Shown in pieces: positions 26,398-36,629 of a stretch of 64,000 nt of DNA. Under the pieces are notes generated by a model, which was given only the letters and a program-made list of their open reading frames with translations, had not been told where the DNA came from and did not search any database. The position numbers were made by a program, and so were the translations under genes. The stretch is from a bacterium (GTDB lineage: Bacteria; Spirochaetota; Spirochaetia; Sphaerochaetales; Sphaerochaetaceae), in the NCBI GenBank assembly GCA_963649615.1, contig CAVJIN010000001.1, positions 12,307 through 76,306 on the forward strand, given 5' to 3'. Each line of letters opens with the position of its first letter. Position 1 is the stretch's first letter.

Positions 26398-26415
26398 GAG
26401 GTTTTGAAAAACCTT
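26398..26415. repeat. GAGGTTTT-GA-AAAACCTT hairpin (family copy d)
   Basis: Located immediately 3' of the ABC permease stop on the minus strand. Confidence 0.5.
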
Positions 26416-26416
26416 T

Positions 26417-28069
26417 TTATAAGGAAACTTCCTTATTTCCTGTTGCTTTCATATAAATCAACAAAGAAATGATTGTAGTAACAGTTAAAATTGTTGCATA
26501 CGCTGCTGCAATACCATAATTTCCTCTACTTACATAAGTGTAAACTGCAAGCGTAAGAGTAATAGTATTGAGGTTATACAAGATAATTGCAGTAGACAAC
26601 TCTGTAATGATTGTAACCCAAGACAAAATTGCACCCGACATAATTCCATTGCCCATCATTGGAACTGTAATAGCAAAGAACGTTTTCATTTTGCTAGCTC
26701 CAAGACTAATGGCTGCCTCTTCAATAGACATTGGAATTTGCTGAAGAACAGCAACGGAAGATCTAATTGTATATGGAATACGCCTAATTATTAGAGCAAT
26801 AATCATGATTGTTGCTGTTCCTGTTAACATTATTGGTTTTTTGTTAAAGGCCAGAACTAAGGCAATGCCAACAACAGAGCCAGGAATGATGTAAGGAATC
26901 ATTGAAATAGTATCAATAACCTTGTTGGCTGCATTGTTTCTACGAACAACAAGATATGCAATAAGAATTGCAAGCACAATAACCGCAGCCAAAGCAACAA
27001 TACCAATAATAAAGGTATTAGGAATTGCCTTTTTCAGGTGTGAAAATGCATATCTATAGCTATCTAAAGAATAACCTTCAACAAACAGCTTGCCACTTGT
27101 CTTCTGAAATGAAGAATAGATGACATACACTTGGGGCATGAAAGACAAAAGAACAACAAACCAGCAATAAATATGAACAAGAACACTCTTAATCCCGTGA
27201 AGTTCTTTTCTCTCAATTGAGTGGAGAGCATTCATTGTAAACTTGTGCCGGTTATTAATGTATCTTTGAACCAAGAAAATTGCTGCTGTGATTACAATAG
27301 CAATTACGGAAACAGCTGCACCAAAATTATGGTCTGTTCCTGTTTCTGCAAAGTAGGCATCGTAAATAAGAACAGGGAATGTTTGATATCCTTCTCCAAT
27401 AAGAAGAGGTGTTCCAAAGTCTGCAAAAGCTCTCATAAAAACCAAAAGCGTTGCTGCAATGATTGTAGGCATACAAAGAGGAATTACAATGGTGAAAAAG
27501 CGCTTAACGCCTTTACTTCCCATGTTCTCTGCAGCTTCCAAAAGAGAGTTATCAATATTCTTCAGTGCACCACAAACATACATAAATACCAAAGGAAATA
27601 GTTGCAAGGAAAGAACCAAAACAATGCCCTTAAACCCATAGATGCTACCAACTTTAATTCCAAATGTGTTTTTTAGAACATTGGTAATAATTCCACTACG
27701 GCCAAGAAGAACAATCCAAGAATATGCTCCAATAAATGGAGCAGACATACTACAAAGAATGATAAGAACTTGAAGAACCGTCTTTCCTTTTATCTCATAC
27801 ATTTGATAAAAGTATGCAAGAGGAATTCCAATAGCCAATGCAATTACTGTTGTAGTAACAGTGACCTTTAAACTATTAAAGATTGTCTTAACATTGTACG
27901 ACTTACTAAAAAACTTCGCAAAAGCATCTAAAGTAAAATGCCCATTAGAATACACGGCCTGTTTTAAAAGAATAAATAGAGGATATAAAAGGAAAACTGC
28001 ATACAAAGCTATTACAGCAAAAGAGACAAATTTCCAAATATCCCTTTTCTTTGTACTACGTAGCTCCAT
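26417..28069 (-). CDS. ABC importer permease, fused two-domain (12 TM) FbpB/ThiP-like
   Basis: 550 aa with two EAA loops (LEAAENMGSKG... and EEAAISLGASK...). Confidence 0.8.
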   Translation of the reverse strand: MELRSTKKRDIWKFVSFAVIALYAVFLLYPLFILLKQAVYSNGHFTLDAFAKFFSKSYNVKTIFNSLKVTVTTTVIALAIGIPLAYFYQMYEIKGKTVLQVLIILCSMSAPFIGAYSWIVLLGRSGIITNVLKNTFGIKVGSIYGFKGIVLVLSLQLFPLVFMYVCGALKNIDNSLLEAAENMGSKGVKRFFTIVIPLCMPTIIAATLLVFMRAFADFGTPLLIGEGYQTFPVLIYDAYFAETGTDHNFGAAVSVIAIVITAAIFLVQRYINNRHKFTMNALHSIERKELHGIKSVLVHIYCWFVVLLSFMPQVYVIYSSFQKTSGKLFVEGYSLDSYRYAFSHLKKAIPNTFIIGIVALAAVIVLAILIAYLVVRRNNAANKVIDTISMIPYIIPGSVVGIALVLAFNKKPIMLTGTATIMIIALIIRRIPYTIRSSVAVLQQIPMSIEEAAISLGASKMKTFFAITVPMMGNGIMSGAILSWVTIITELSTAIILYNLNTITLTLAVYTYVSRGNYGIAAAYATILTVTTIISLLIYMKATGNKEVSL

Positions 28070-29199
28070 TACTTCTCTCCCTTCTTGAAAACATCAATAT
28101 CGTTAACAACTCCCTTAACAAGGTTTTTCTTTCCTTCCACATCAAAGATGTTAACTTTCTCTGTTTTAACGCCAAGATAAATTTCTGTTCCTTTTTCAAT
28201 AATGCTATCAATTAAAGATTCTTGAATAATTTCCGCCTTCTCGCCATCATCAAAATGAACAAAGTAGTGAGTATTAAGACCAAGGAAAACAGCATCGTCA
28301 ATGTGGGCCTTAATTCCTTCTGTAGCATTTTTCTCTACTATTAATTCTTCTGGTCTAATTGAAGCCTTAACTGGTCTAGAATACATTTCTTCAGGCAAAA
28401 TATTTGTCATTTCAACCTTGTAGTTACCAGGAAGAACCAACATAGCCTTTCCATCAACAACTTCAAGCTGGCAATCCACAACATTGGATCTTCCAATGAA
28501 GTTTGCAACAAACAAATTGGCCGGTCTTTGATAGAGAATCTTTGGAGTTCCAACCTGCTGAATTTCACCAAAATTCATAACAGCAATACGGTCAGAAACA
28601 GCCATGGCTTCTTCTTGGTCATGGGTAACATAAACCGTAGTAATTCCAATTGAATTTTGAATTTCCTTAATAACCGTTCTCATTTCAACCCTGAGTTTTG
28701 CGTCAAGGTTTGAAAGAGGTTCATCCATCAAAAGAACGTCTGGGGTAATGGCAAGAGCTCTAGCAAGAGCAACTCTTTGCTGTTGCCCTCCAGAAAGACG
28801 CTCTGGCATACGATCACGATATTCCTCAATTTTCATAAGTTTAAGGAATTGGTTTGTCTTAGCAACAATCTCTTCCTTAGGAAGTTTTCTATTTTTAAGT
28901 CCAAACGCTACATTTTTCTCAACTGTCATGTTTGGGAAAATTGCATAGTTTTGGAAAACCATACCAATATTTCTTACAACAGGATCCATGTCATTGATCC
29001 TTTTATCATTGAAGAAGAAATCTCCACCTTCAATTGAGTTGAATCCCGCAATCATGCGCAAAAGCGTTGTCTTACCACATCCTGATGGACCAAGGAGGGT
29101 GAAAAACTCACCCTCCTTGATGTCTAGTGATAAGTCAGCAATGATTGTATTATCTCCGTATTTCTTTACGGCATCTCTAATTTTGATATTTACACTCAC
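28069..29199 (-). CDS. ABC importer ATP-binding protein with a C-terminal TOBE-like domain (PotA/FbpC-like)
   Basis: Walker A GPSGCGKTT, signature LSGGQQQRVALARA, and Walker B LLMDEP. Confidence 0.85.
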   Translation of the reverse strand: MSVNIKIRDAVKKYGDNTIIADLSLDIKEGEFFTLLGPSGCGKTTLLRMIAGFNSIEGGDFFFNDKRINDMDPVVRNIGMVFQNYAIFPNMTVEKNVAFGLKNRKLPKEEIVAKTNQFLKLMKIEEYRDRMPERLSGGQQQRVALARALAITPDVLLMDEPLSNLDAKLRVEMRTVIKEIQNSIGITTVYVTHDQEEAMAVSDRIAVMNFGEIQQVGTPKILYQRPANLFVANFIGRSNVVDCQLEVVDGKAMLVLPGNYKVEMTNILPEEMYSRPVKASIRPEELIVEKNATEGIKAHIDDAVFLGLNTHYFVHFDDGEKAEIIQESLIDSIIEKGTEIYLGVKTEKVNIFDVEGKKNLVKGVVNDIDVFKKGEK

Positions 29200-29222
29200 C
29201 TTTCTGACCTCTTCCCTAGCAA

Positions 29223-29864
29223 TTATTTTGCTGTTTTCTGAACAATCTCGTCAAATCTTGTCTGCCAAGCAACCTTATTCTCGCCACAGTAAGCAAGATC
29301 TTCATATACAACATTGATTGTTGAGAAAGCTGGCATATTAGCTGAAGTGTTTGTGATGTTTGGATTTACAGGTCTAGCTGTTGTCTTTCCAATCTCGGCC
29401 TGTCCTTCATCAGAAATGAGCCAATCCATGAACAACTTTGCGTTATCCATATTCTTTGCACCCTTAATAATTGCAGCACCTGCTGGAAGCCATACAGATC
29501 CTTCTTCTGGGTAAATAAGTCTTAAGTTTGTTGCGCCATCATCAAGAAGTTGAACACATGGGTCTTCATAAGAAACACCAACAGCATATTCGCCACTTGC
29601 TGTTCCCTTGTAGATTGCTGAAGAAGAACCAAGAATTGTTCCGTTGAGCTGAGCACAGAATTTTTCTACCCATTCCCAAGCTTTTTCATCATATGGTTCG
29701 TCACCCATGACAAGGAGCATGTTTGTGAGCTCTGCCCAAGCAGAAGAGGACTTTGCTGCGTTACCCATAGCAATGTGTCCCTTGAGTTCTGGCCAAAGAA
29801 GATCATTGCAGACTTCTATTATGACACTATCCAAGATGCAATTCAAGAAAAACCGCTGTAGCAT
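29223..29864 (-). pseudogene. 5'-truncated extracellular solute-binding protein gene (C-terminal about 210 aa only)
   Basis: Only the C-terminal lobe of an iron/polyamine-type SBP is present, with no signal peptide. The frame closes with a stop at 29874-29876. The conserved dnaX start at 29894 leaves no room for the missing N-terminal lobe. Confidence 0.6.
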
Positions 29865-29893
29865 TGAGCCTAATTATTTGCTATCATAAAAGC

Positions 29894-31327
29894 ATGGCAT
29901 ATGAAGTAACGGCAACAAGAAGAAGACCCCAGCAATTTGAAACCCTTGCGGGTCAAGAATTTGTGGTATCAACTCTCAAGAACGCAATAGAGCAAGACAG
30001 AATAGCCCATGCTTATCTTTTCAGTGGGCCTAGAGGCGTAGGAAAAACCACCAGCGCACGATTACTTGCAAAAGCTCTTAATTGCGTCAACGGCCCCACA
30101 ACCACACCCTGTGGAGTATGCGACAACTGCAGAGGTATTGCAAAAGGCAGTAGCTTAGATGTCATTGAAATAGACGGAGCTAGCAATACAGGTGTCAACG
30201 ATGTTCGTGCCATTAAAGAAGAGGTCCTCTTCCCTCCAACTTCTTCACGCTACAAGATTTACATAATTGACGAAGTCCACATGCTCTCACTTAGCGCCTT
30301 CAATGCACTGCTTAAAACCATTGAAGAGCCACCCGAGTATGTCATCTTCATTTTTGCCACCACGGAAACACAAAAGGTTCCTGCAACCATTAGAAGCCGA
30401 TGTCAACAGTTCAATTTTCAATTAATTCCAATAGAAGTAATTGAAAAAGAACTTAAAGCTGCTGCGGATGAGATGAACGTCAAAGCAGACCAAGACGCTT
30501 TATTCTGGGTTGCAAAAGAAGCTACAGGCTCAATGCGTGATGCCTACACTTTGTTCGACCAAGTTGTAGCCTTCTCAAATGGAGAAATTACTCTTGCAAA
30601 AATTAGAGAAAAACTTGGTTTAGTTGGCGTTGATAGGATAAATCAAATAATGTTAGATATTCTCTCAAACCACAGCGAAGAGGCAATGGGCAAAATTAAT
30701 GATCTTTTTGCAAAAGGCGTTAGTACTGAGCAAATAATTAAAGATTTTACAGACTATTTCCGTACGCTTCTTCTTATGAAAGAAGGTATTAAAAGCGAGA
30801 ATGTCCTTGGAGAACGCCCAGAATCTTTCCCGAGAGAAATAAGCGAAGCATTTAATGAAGAACAGCTTGAAGCTGCATTAGATCTTTTCTTGGATTTATA
30901 CCGCAACATTCGCTATTCTTTAAGCCCACGTTACGAACTTGAGTTGACAATTTCTAAACTTTCTCGCCTAAAATATGTAGCTTCTAATGCAATGGTCTTA
31001 GAACAGTTGGCTCGCTTAAAAAATGACTTGTTAAGTGGAACCATCACCCCGTTAAACCCTGTTCTGGCTTCGCAGAAAAGCATAGAGCCTGAAGAAACAC
31101 CAAATAAACCTGTTTCTATTCAGCCCGTAGAAACAAAAGAAATGCAAGAAATATCGGGCCAAGAAGAAAAGCCAATTGAGGCCCCTCCGGTGGAAGTGAA
31201 GCCACAAGTTGAGGTTAAGCCTCAGGTTCAAGTGCTTATTCCAAATCCGGAGGACAAGCTTGCACAGGAGAGAAGACGCGTGGTGGAAGATTTGATTATT
31301 GCATTCGATGGGAAAGAGGAAAAATGA
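29894..31327 (+). CDS. dnaX: DNA polymerase III subunit gamma/tau
   Basis: RRRPQQFETLAGQEFV, GPRGVGKTT, the Zn module CGVCDNC, and the IIDEVHML Walker B. The ATG at 29894 is preferred over the track start at 29864. Confidence 0.9.
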   Translation: MAYEVTATRRRPQQFETLAGQEFVVSTLKNAIEQDRIAHAYLFSGPRGVGKTTSARLLAKALNCVNGPTTTPCGVCDNCRGIAKGSSLDVIEIDGASNTGVNDVRAIKEEVLFPPTSSRYKIYIIDEVHMLSLSAFNALLKTIEEPPEYVIFIFATTETQKVPATIRSRCQQFNFQLIPIEVIEKELKAAADEMNVKADQDALFWVAKEATGSMRDAYTLFDQVVAFSNGEITLAKIREKLGLVGVDRINQIMLDILSNHSEEAMGKINDLFAKGVSTEQIIKDFTDYFRTLLLMKEGIKSENVLGERPESFPREISEAFNEEQLEAALDLFLDLYRNIRYSLSPRYELELTISKLSRLKYVASNAMVLEQLARLKNDLLSGTITPLNPVLASQKSIEPEETPNKPVSIQPVETKEMQEISGQEEKPIEAPPVEVKPQVEVKPQVQVLIPNPEDKLAQERRRVVEDLIIAFDGKEEK

Positions 31328-31623
31328 TGAACCCTTTTGAATTATTGAAAAATATGGACAAGATTAAGAGTCAGGCAGAAGAAATGAAGGCCAAAGCTGC
31401 TCAGATAAAATGCACGGGCTATTCGTATGGGAACATGATTGAAGTTGTGGCAAATGGAAACATGGAAGTTGAAAGCGTAAAGATTGATCCCTCTTTAGTG
31501 ACAGCAGAAAATGCTCAAATGTTGCAGGTGCTGATTGCCTCGGCTGTAAATACGGCATTAAAAAATGTCAGAGATAGGCTCGCACAGGAAGCTGGAGAAA
31601 TGTTTTCCCAGTACAACACATGA
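31324..31623 (+). CDS. ybaB: YbaB/EbfC family nucleoid-associated protein
   Basis: 99 aa sitting between dnaX and recR with 4-nt overlaps on both sides, the classic operon position. Confidence 0.85.
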   Translation: MMNPFELLKNMDKIKSQAEEMKAKAAQIKCTGYSYGNMIEVVANGNMEVESVKIDPSLVTAENAQMLQVLIASAVNTALKNVRDRLAQEAGEMFSQYNT

Positions 31624-32210
31624 CCGCAATTGAAAGTTTAACAAAATTATTGTCGCGTCTTCCCGGAATTGGCCCCAAAAGCGCATCAAGAATAGCCTTT
31701 TCTCTAATTAAAACCCAAAGGGATTATAATACTCTACTGGCACAGGAGATTGCGAGCATTCAGGATAAAATACATCCCTGCTCCATTTGTGGTTCCTTCA
31801 CGGAGACAGATCCTTGTCCAGTGTGTTCAGACCCAAGCAGAGATAAAAGCCTTTTGTGCATTGTTGAACAACCTCAAGATGTCATTACAATACAGTCTTC
31901 TGGAGTTTATAGCGGGCTTTTTCACGTACTAGGTGGAGCTATCAATCCTCTTAACGGCGTTGGACCAGAGGATTTATCCTTTAATCAGCTCCTAAAACGC
32001 ATAAAAGAAGGCTCTTTTTCTGAGATTATTATTGCTACAAACCCAACAGAAGAAGGAGACACAACAGCTCTTTATATAAGACATTTATTGAGAGACTACC
32101 CCAATTTGAGCCTAACAAGGCTTGCATCTGGCCTTCCTATTGGCGGAGATTTAGAGTATGCAGACAGAACAACCCTTACTCGCTCCTTCCGCAGTAGGGT
32201 GAAACTTTAA
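31620..32210 (+). CDS. recR: Recombination protein RecR
   Basis: LPGIGPKSASRIAF helix-hairpin-helix, a C4 zinc finger (CSICGSF...CPVCSD), and a Toprim domain. Confidence 0.9.
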   Translation: MTAIESLTKLLSRLPGIGPKSASRIAFSLIKTQRDYNTLLAQEIASIQDKIHPCSICGSFTETDPCPVCSDPSRDKSLLCIVEQPQDVITIQSSGVYSGLFHVLGGAINPLNGVGPEDLSFNQLLKRIKEGSFSEIIIATNPTEEGDTTALYIRHLLRDYPNLSLTRLASGLPIGGDLEYADRTTLTRSFRSRVKL

Positions 32211-32268
32211 AGCTCGTTGTTTCCTTTAGAATTTTTTAGCAAAAACTTCCAAGCCGGAGTGTTAAACT

Positions 32269-33087
32269 TTATTTAATACCTCGTTCTTTTGCAATTTGCT
32301 CATAAGCCTCTTGAATTTCTCTAAAACGCTTTGTGGCATATTCCTTAAATTCATCGGCCATGCCTTTTGCGGCAACAGTGTCTGGGTGAAATTCAAGAAT
32401 AAGCTTTCTGTAGGCTTTCTTAATTTCTGCATCACTGGCATTTTCTGTTAAACCAAGTACGGCATAAGCCTTTGAAGGAGCGTTCGTAATTCCATATTTT
32501 CTACGAATGCTGTCCAAAACACTCTGTGGAATTTGGAAAACACTCGCAGCATACTCTATCATCTCCTCTTCTCTTTTAGAGATAACAGAGTCTGCATAAG
32601 CTACTCGGAAAAAAATATCAATCATCAATTGCAGAATTGCTGGGGAGTTTTTAAAGTTCTGATAAAATTGTGTTACAAGTCCTTCAAATGTGCTGTTTTG
32701 ATTGAGCGCCTGATTGAAAATGCTGACAGCATTGTTATAACTTGGCCCCATCAAATGAAGGTCGTTAATCATGAATTCTTGAATCTTTCTCTTTGCATTT
32801 TCGCTGATTGTTCCATCTGCAGAAGCCAATTTTGCAAGCATAGAAAAACAACCAACAAAGAATACCATTTGCGACTTTCCATAGCCTGTATTAAAGAAAT
32901 AGTGTCGAGAATATCCATTAGACTGGCCTCTTGGGCCATTGTTTGTGTAATTTTGGCTACTTTCGTCCTCTGAAATTTCTGAGCTTTTATCAAACATATG
33001 CCCAAAAACGGCACCTGCTATCATACCCAAAGGGCCGCCAAGAAAAAAGCCTATAGTCCCACCTATAATTTTACCAATCCAGCTCAT
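32269..33087 (-). CDS. DjlA-like co-chaperone (Gly-rich TM, TerB-like domain, C-terminal J domain)
   Basis: The C-terminal AYAVLGLTENASDAEIKKAYRKLILEFHPD carries the HPD motif. The ATG at 33087 with an AGGTGA RBS is preferred over the GTG at 33096. Confidence 0.7.
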   Translation of the reverse strand: MSWIGKIIGGTIGFFLGGPLGMIAGAVFGHMFDKSSEISEDESSQNYTNNGPRGQSNGYSRHYFFNTGYGKSQMVFFVGCFSMLAKLASADGTISENAKRKIQEFMINDLHLMGPSYNNAVSIFNQALNQNSTFEGLVTQFYQNFKNSPAILQLMIDIFFRVAYADSVISKREEEMIEYAASVFQIPQSVLDSIRRKYGITNAPSKAYAVLGLTENASDAEIKKAYRKLILEFHPDTVAAKGMADEFKEYATKRFREIQEAYEQIAKERGIK

Positions 33088-33096
33088 TGTTTTCAC

Positions 33097-34530
33097 CTAT
33101 AGTTTGTCTATAAGCATAGAACATTTTCCACTTGGAATAGGAAGTGTTTTTTTCTTTTTCTCATCAAGAATCTCAATTGTAAAATAGTAAAGTTTTTCAC
33201 TTTCAAGTCTAATCTCCCATCCTCTAGCATTTTTATTGCTCAGAATTGTGATGAGATTTCTCTTAAGGGATAGATTCTCAATACCCATGACTTCCAAATT
33301 TGGAACCATCCAATAAACTGTTTTTCTTGGAAGTGAAATATCAAGACCAATGATATCCTCAATCATCATTGTTACTGTGACAAGACACACTTGTGGCAAA
33401 AATTTCTTGCGAGGAAAAACATCTCCATTAGGAGCCTGACTAGGAGCTGGGGTTCCTTCTTTATTTGGAAGATATGCCTCCCAAACATCTCCCTGAACGT
33501 CCTCGCCAGGATGTAAGGTATCTAACATAAAATAAACATGCCTGATAGCACACTCTCTTGCAAATACATTCTCTCCATATTTTTCAAGGCCTTTTACCAC
33601 ACAATAGATATTAGAGGGAATAACAGCACCACAAAAACCTTGAACATTTTCACTATAACAAGGAGAATCTGCACTCACGCTTGGGAATGGATTATCTGTA
33701 CCAAAAAAATCTGGATTTCTGAGATAGTCAACCATTCTAGCTGCTTTTTCATCGTTTGGAATTTCTGCAAGAAGAGTCCAATATGCCCCAATCATCTTAA
33801 GAGGTAAACGCTGTTCTTGCGCATCCAAATCATGATAGAACCCTGTTTCACTATCCCACATAAGGTTGTTTATTCTTGTTTTGAGAGCAAAATAAAGTCT
33901 CTTATACCTAAAACTCAATTCTTTATCGTTCAAAATATCTCCAATATTTGACATATAAAGAGCATTGAGAGCCATAAGAGTGTTGAAATCTACAGGGTAA
34001 ACGGTATTTTCGCGAGGAACATTCCCTGTAAGACAAGCTCCTATAGGAACGGAAAAAAGTCCGTTTTCTTTTTGGAACATTTCTTTAAGCCAATTAAAAT
34101 ATTTCTCTAAAACCGGCACAACGTCCTTAAGTCTCTTCTTGTTCCCAATCTTATGATAAAACAAAAACTCTACATAAGCAAAAAGAGGAATTACAACCCC
34201 TTCTGGGTTGTCATCTGAAAGAAAAGGAGAACCGTCTTCAATGCTGTACTGTGCTCTAATAGCCCCATTTGGTTCTTGTTTGGAATAAAAGAAATCTATC
34301 ATGTCAAAAGGAGAATATGTTTGATTGCTGTAGTTTAGAAACAAAGAAGACAAGCAACAACTAAACTGATCAAAACTCTTTTGATCATTATACGAGACAT
34401 AATTTCCTACAAATCCGTTTTCTTCCGTTCCTTTTTTCCAGAATTCATCAATCCAGACCCAAGATCTATCATAGAGATCAACAAAATCTTGGTCGTAAAA
34501 GTGTATTGATGGAATAGCCTCGCGATTCAA
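33097..34530 (-). CDS. (alpha/alpha)6-barrel glycoside-hydrolase-like protein (GH63/trehalase-like); family uncertain
   Basis: 477 aa with a WDSETGFYHDLD-type block. The TTG start at 34530 is supported by AGGAGA 6 nt upstream. Confidence 0.45.
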   Translation of the reverse strand: MNREAIPSIHFYDQDFVDLYDRSWVWIDEFWKKGTEENGFVGNYVSYNDQKSFDQFSCCLSSLFLNYSNQTYSPFDMIDFFYSKQEPNGAIRAQYSIEDGSPFLSDDNPEGVVIPLFAYVEFLFYHKIGNKKRLKDVVPVLEKYFNWLKEMFQKENGLFSVPIGACLTGNVPRENTVYPVDFNTLMALNALYMSNIGDILNDKELSFRYKRLYFALKTRINNLMWDSETGFYHDLDAQEQRLPLKMIGAYWTLLAEIPNDEKAARMVDYLRNPDFFGTDNPFPSVSADSPCYSENVQGFCGAVIPSNIYCVVKGLEKYGENVFARECAIRHVYFMLDTLHPGEDVQGDVWEAYLPNKEGTPAPSQAPNGDVFPRKKFLPQVCLVTVTMMIEDIIGLDISLPRKTVYWMVPNLEVMGIENLSLKRNLITILSNKNARGWEIRLESEKLYYFTIEILDEKKKKTLPIPSGKCSMLIDKL

Positions 34531-34544
34531 TTTAATTCTCCTAT

Positions 34545-34575
34545 GAAGTTTTGAAAACTGAAGTTTTAAAACCTC
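34545..34575. repeat. Tandem hairpins GAAGTTTT-G-AAAACT and GAAGTTTTAAAACCTC (family copy e)
   Basis: Two adjacent palindromes located 15-45 nt upstream of the TTG start at 34530. Confidence 0.5.
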
Positions 34576-34686
34576 TTATCATAAAAAAGCCCCAATATCA
34601 TTCATCGAAAATTGGGTTATCTTATATGCTATCACGTTTTTTTTCTGCCGTCAAATATTTTGCAAAAATCTCTTTGATAATAAACC

Positions 34687-36558
34687 TTATTTTCTTGAAA
34701 GTAAGACTTTAGCAAGCTCTGGTTTTCCGGCTTTCTTCAAAGCCTCAAGGACAAGGGCTCTATTTTCTGATTTATTGAACTGAAGCAGGGCTCTTTGAAG
34801 ATTTGCATCTCTGCCTTTAGGAACATAAACAGGTTTAAAATTTTCTCCTGGCCTTGGGTCAAGACCAGTATAGTACATGCAAGTAGAGACAGTTGCTGGA
34901 GTTGGATAAAATTCTTGAACCTGATCTGGGACAAAACCTTGTTTTTTCATATACAAAGCAAGTTCTATTGCACTATCCAAGGAAGAGCCTGGGTGAGCTG
35001 CAATGAAATAAGGAATGATGTATTGTTTCTTCCCTTGTCGTTTGTTTTCTTCAAAGAATTCCTCTTTGAAGGCATTGTAAACTTCAACGGGACTTTTTCC
35101 CATACAAGCTAAAACTTCCTTTGATATGTGTTCTGGGGCCACTTTCAATTGTCCACTGACATGGTTTTTGACCAATTTTGTCATAAATTCTTCACGGACT
35201 TTTGGAGTTGCACATAACATAAGGTAGTCAAATCTAATGCCACTACGGATAAACACCTTTTTTACACCGGGAACACTGGCAACAGCTTCAAGCTTTTCTA
35301 GATATTCAATATGCGAATCTTTTACATTTGAACATGGCGTTGGGAACATACACTGCCTATTGGGGCAAGGTCCTGTTTTCATTTGTTTATCACAAGCCAT
35401 GCATTGGAAATTTGCAGTTGGGCCACCAAGATCATTAATATAACCTTTGAATTCAGGGTGTTTAACAAGCTTCTTTGCTTCTCTAATTAAGGACTCTTTG
35501 CTTCTTACCTGAATAATTCTTCCCTGATGGGCACTTATTGCGCAAAAGGAACAAGCCCCATAGCAGCCTCTGTTTGAAGTAATAGAAAACTGTACTTCTT
35601 TAATTGCCGGAATTCCTCCTAATGCATCATAGGAAGGATGCCATTTTCTCGTATATGGAAATTCATATAGACTATCAAATTCTTCAACTGACAATGGCCT
35701 AGCAGGAGGGTTTTGTATAACAAATCTACCATTACATGCCTGCACAAGACATTGTTTGCTAAAAGGATTCTCTTGTTGTATTTTCATTTGAAAGGCTTTT
35801 GCATACGCTTCTTGCCCTTCCTTAGTTGGCTTGTTAGACTCTTTATCTCTTGCCGAAACTTCTTCATAAGAAGGCATAAACACAGCTTTAAAAGGACACT
35901 TGTTTTGCTCTTGAAGCTTCCATTCTTTTTCTGACACAGAATAGCAAGTTCCTTGAATATCGTGCATATTGCTAATATCTTCACCTTTTGCAAGTCTTTT
36001 TGCTATTTCCAAAACCTGAAGCTCCCCCATACCATAGATTAAAAGGTTTGCTTTTGCATCAAGGATAATTGGTTTACGAACTAAATCCTGCCAGTAATCA
36101 TAATGTGCAAGCCGTCTCAATGAAGCTTCAAGCCCTCCAATTACAATTGGCAAATCTTTGAAAGCTTGCCTTGCAAGATTAGAGTAGATAATTGTTGGCC
36201 GGTCCGGCCTAAAACCAGCTTTCCCTCCAGGAGAATACATGTCATCATGCCGCCTCTTTTTTGTACTCGTGTAATGAGCAACCATTGAGTCTAAATTTCC
36301 ACCGCTTATCATACAACAAAGCTTAGGCCTTCCCATAATCTTCAGGCTGTTTGGATCTTTCCAATCTGGTTGTGAAATAATCCCAACTCTATAACCATGA
36401 GCCTCAAGCAGTCGAGAAAGTAGAGCACTGGCAAAAGAGGGATGATCCACATAAGCATCTGCAGATATGAATAAAAAATCTAACTCTTTCCAACCTCTTT
36501 GAGACATTTCTGCTCGTGTTGTAGGTAAAAATTTAGGGGTAAAATCTTCGCTTGCCAT
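34687..36558 (-). CDS. ygiQ: YgiQ-family radical SAM protein (UPF0313)
   Basis: N-terminal FLPTTRAEMSQRGWKELDFLFISADAYVDHPSF and the radical SAM cluster CYGACSFC. Confidence 0.85.
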   Translation of the reverse strand: MASEDFTPKFLPTTRAEMSQRGWKELDFLFISADAYVDHPSFASALLSRLLEAHGYRVGIISQPDWKDPNSLKIMGRPKLCCMISGGNLDSMVAHYTSTKKRRHDDMYSPGGKAGFRPDRPTIIYSNLARQAFKDLPIVIGGLEASLRRLAHYDYWQDLVRKPIILDAKANLLIYGMGELQVLEIAKRLAKGEDISNMHDIQGTCYSVSEKEWKLQEQNKCPFKAVFMPSYEEVSARDKESNKPTKEGQEAYAKAFQMKIQQENPFSKQCLVQACNGRFVIQNPPARPLSVEEFDSLYEFPYTRKWHPSYDALGGIPAIKEVQFSITSNRGCYGACSFCAISAHQGRIIQVRSKESLIREAKKLVKHPEFKGYINDLGGPTANFQCMACDKQMKTGPCPNRQCMFPTPCSNVKDSHIEYLEKLEAVASVPGVKKVFIRSGIRFDYLMLCATPKVREEFMTKLVKNHVSGQLKVAPEHISKEVLACMGKSPVEVYNAFKEEFFEENKRQGKKQYIIPYFIAAHPGSSLDSAIELALYMKKQGFVPDQVQEFYPTPATVSTCMYYTGLDPRPGENFKPVYVPKGRDANLQRALLQFNKSENRALVLEALKKAGKPELAKVLLSRK

Positions 36559-36629
36559 GAATCAATTGTAAACCTTTTCTAAAGTACGGTGCAATTGCTT
36601 GAATAACATCTACTTGCTATACTGTAGCC

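Noticed and set aside
29894-31327. A programmed -1 frameshift site in dnaX (A AAA AAG type) producing a gamma subunit
   Set aside because: I found no convincing slippery heptamer with a downstream structure at the expected two-thirds position by eye. This needs a proper scan.
31739-31754. Sigma-54-like TGGCACAGGAGATTGC on the plus strand
   Set aside because: The GG-to-GC spacing is one nucleotide too long, and the site lies inside the recR coding sequence with no downstream gene start.
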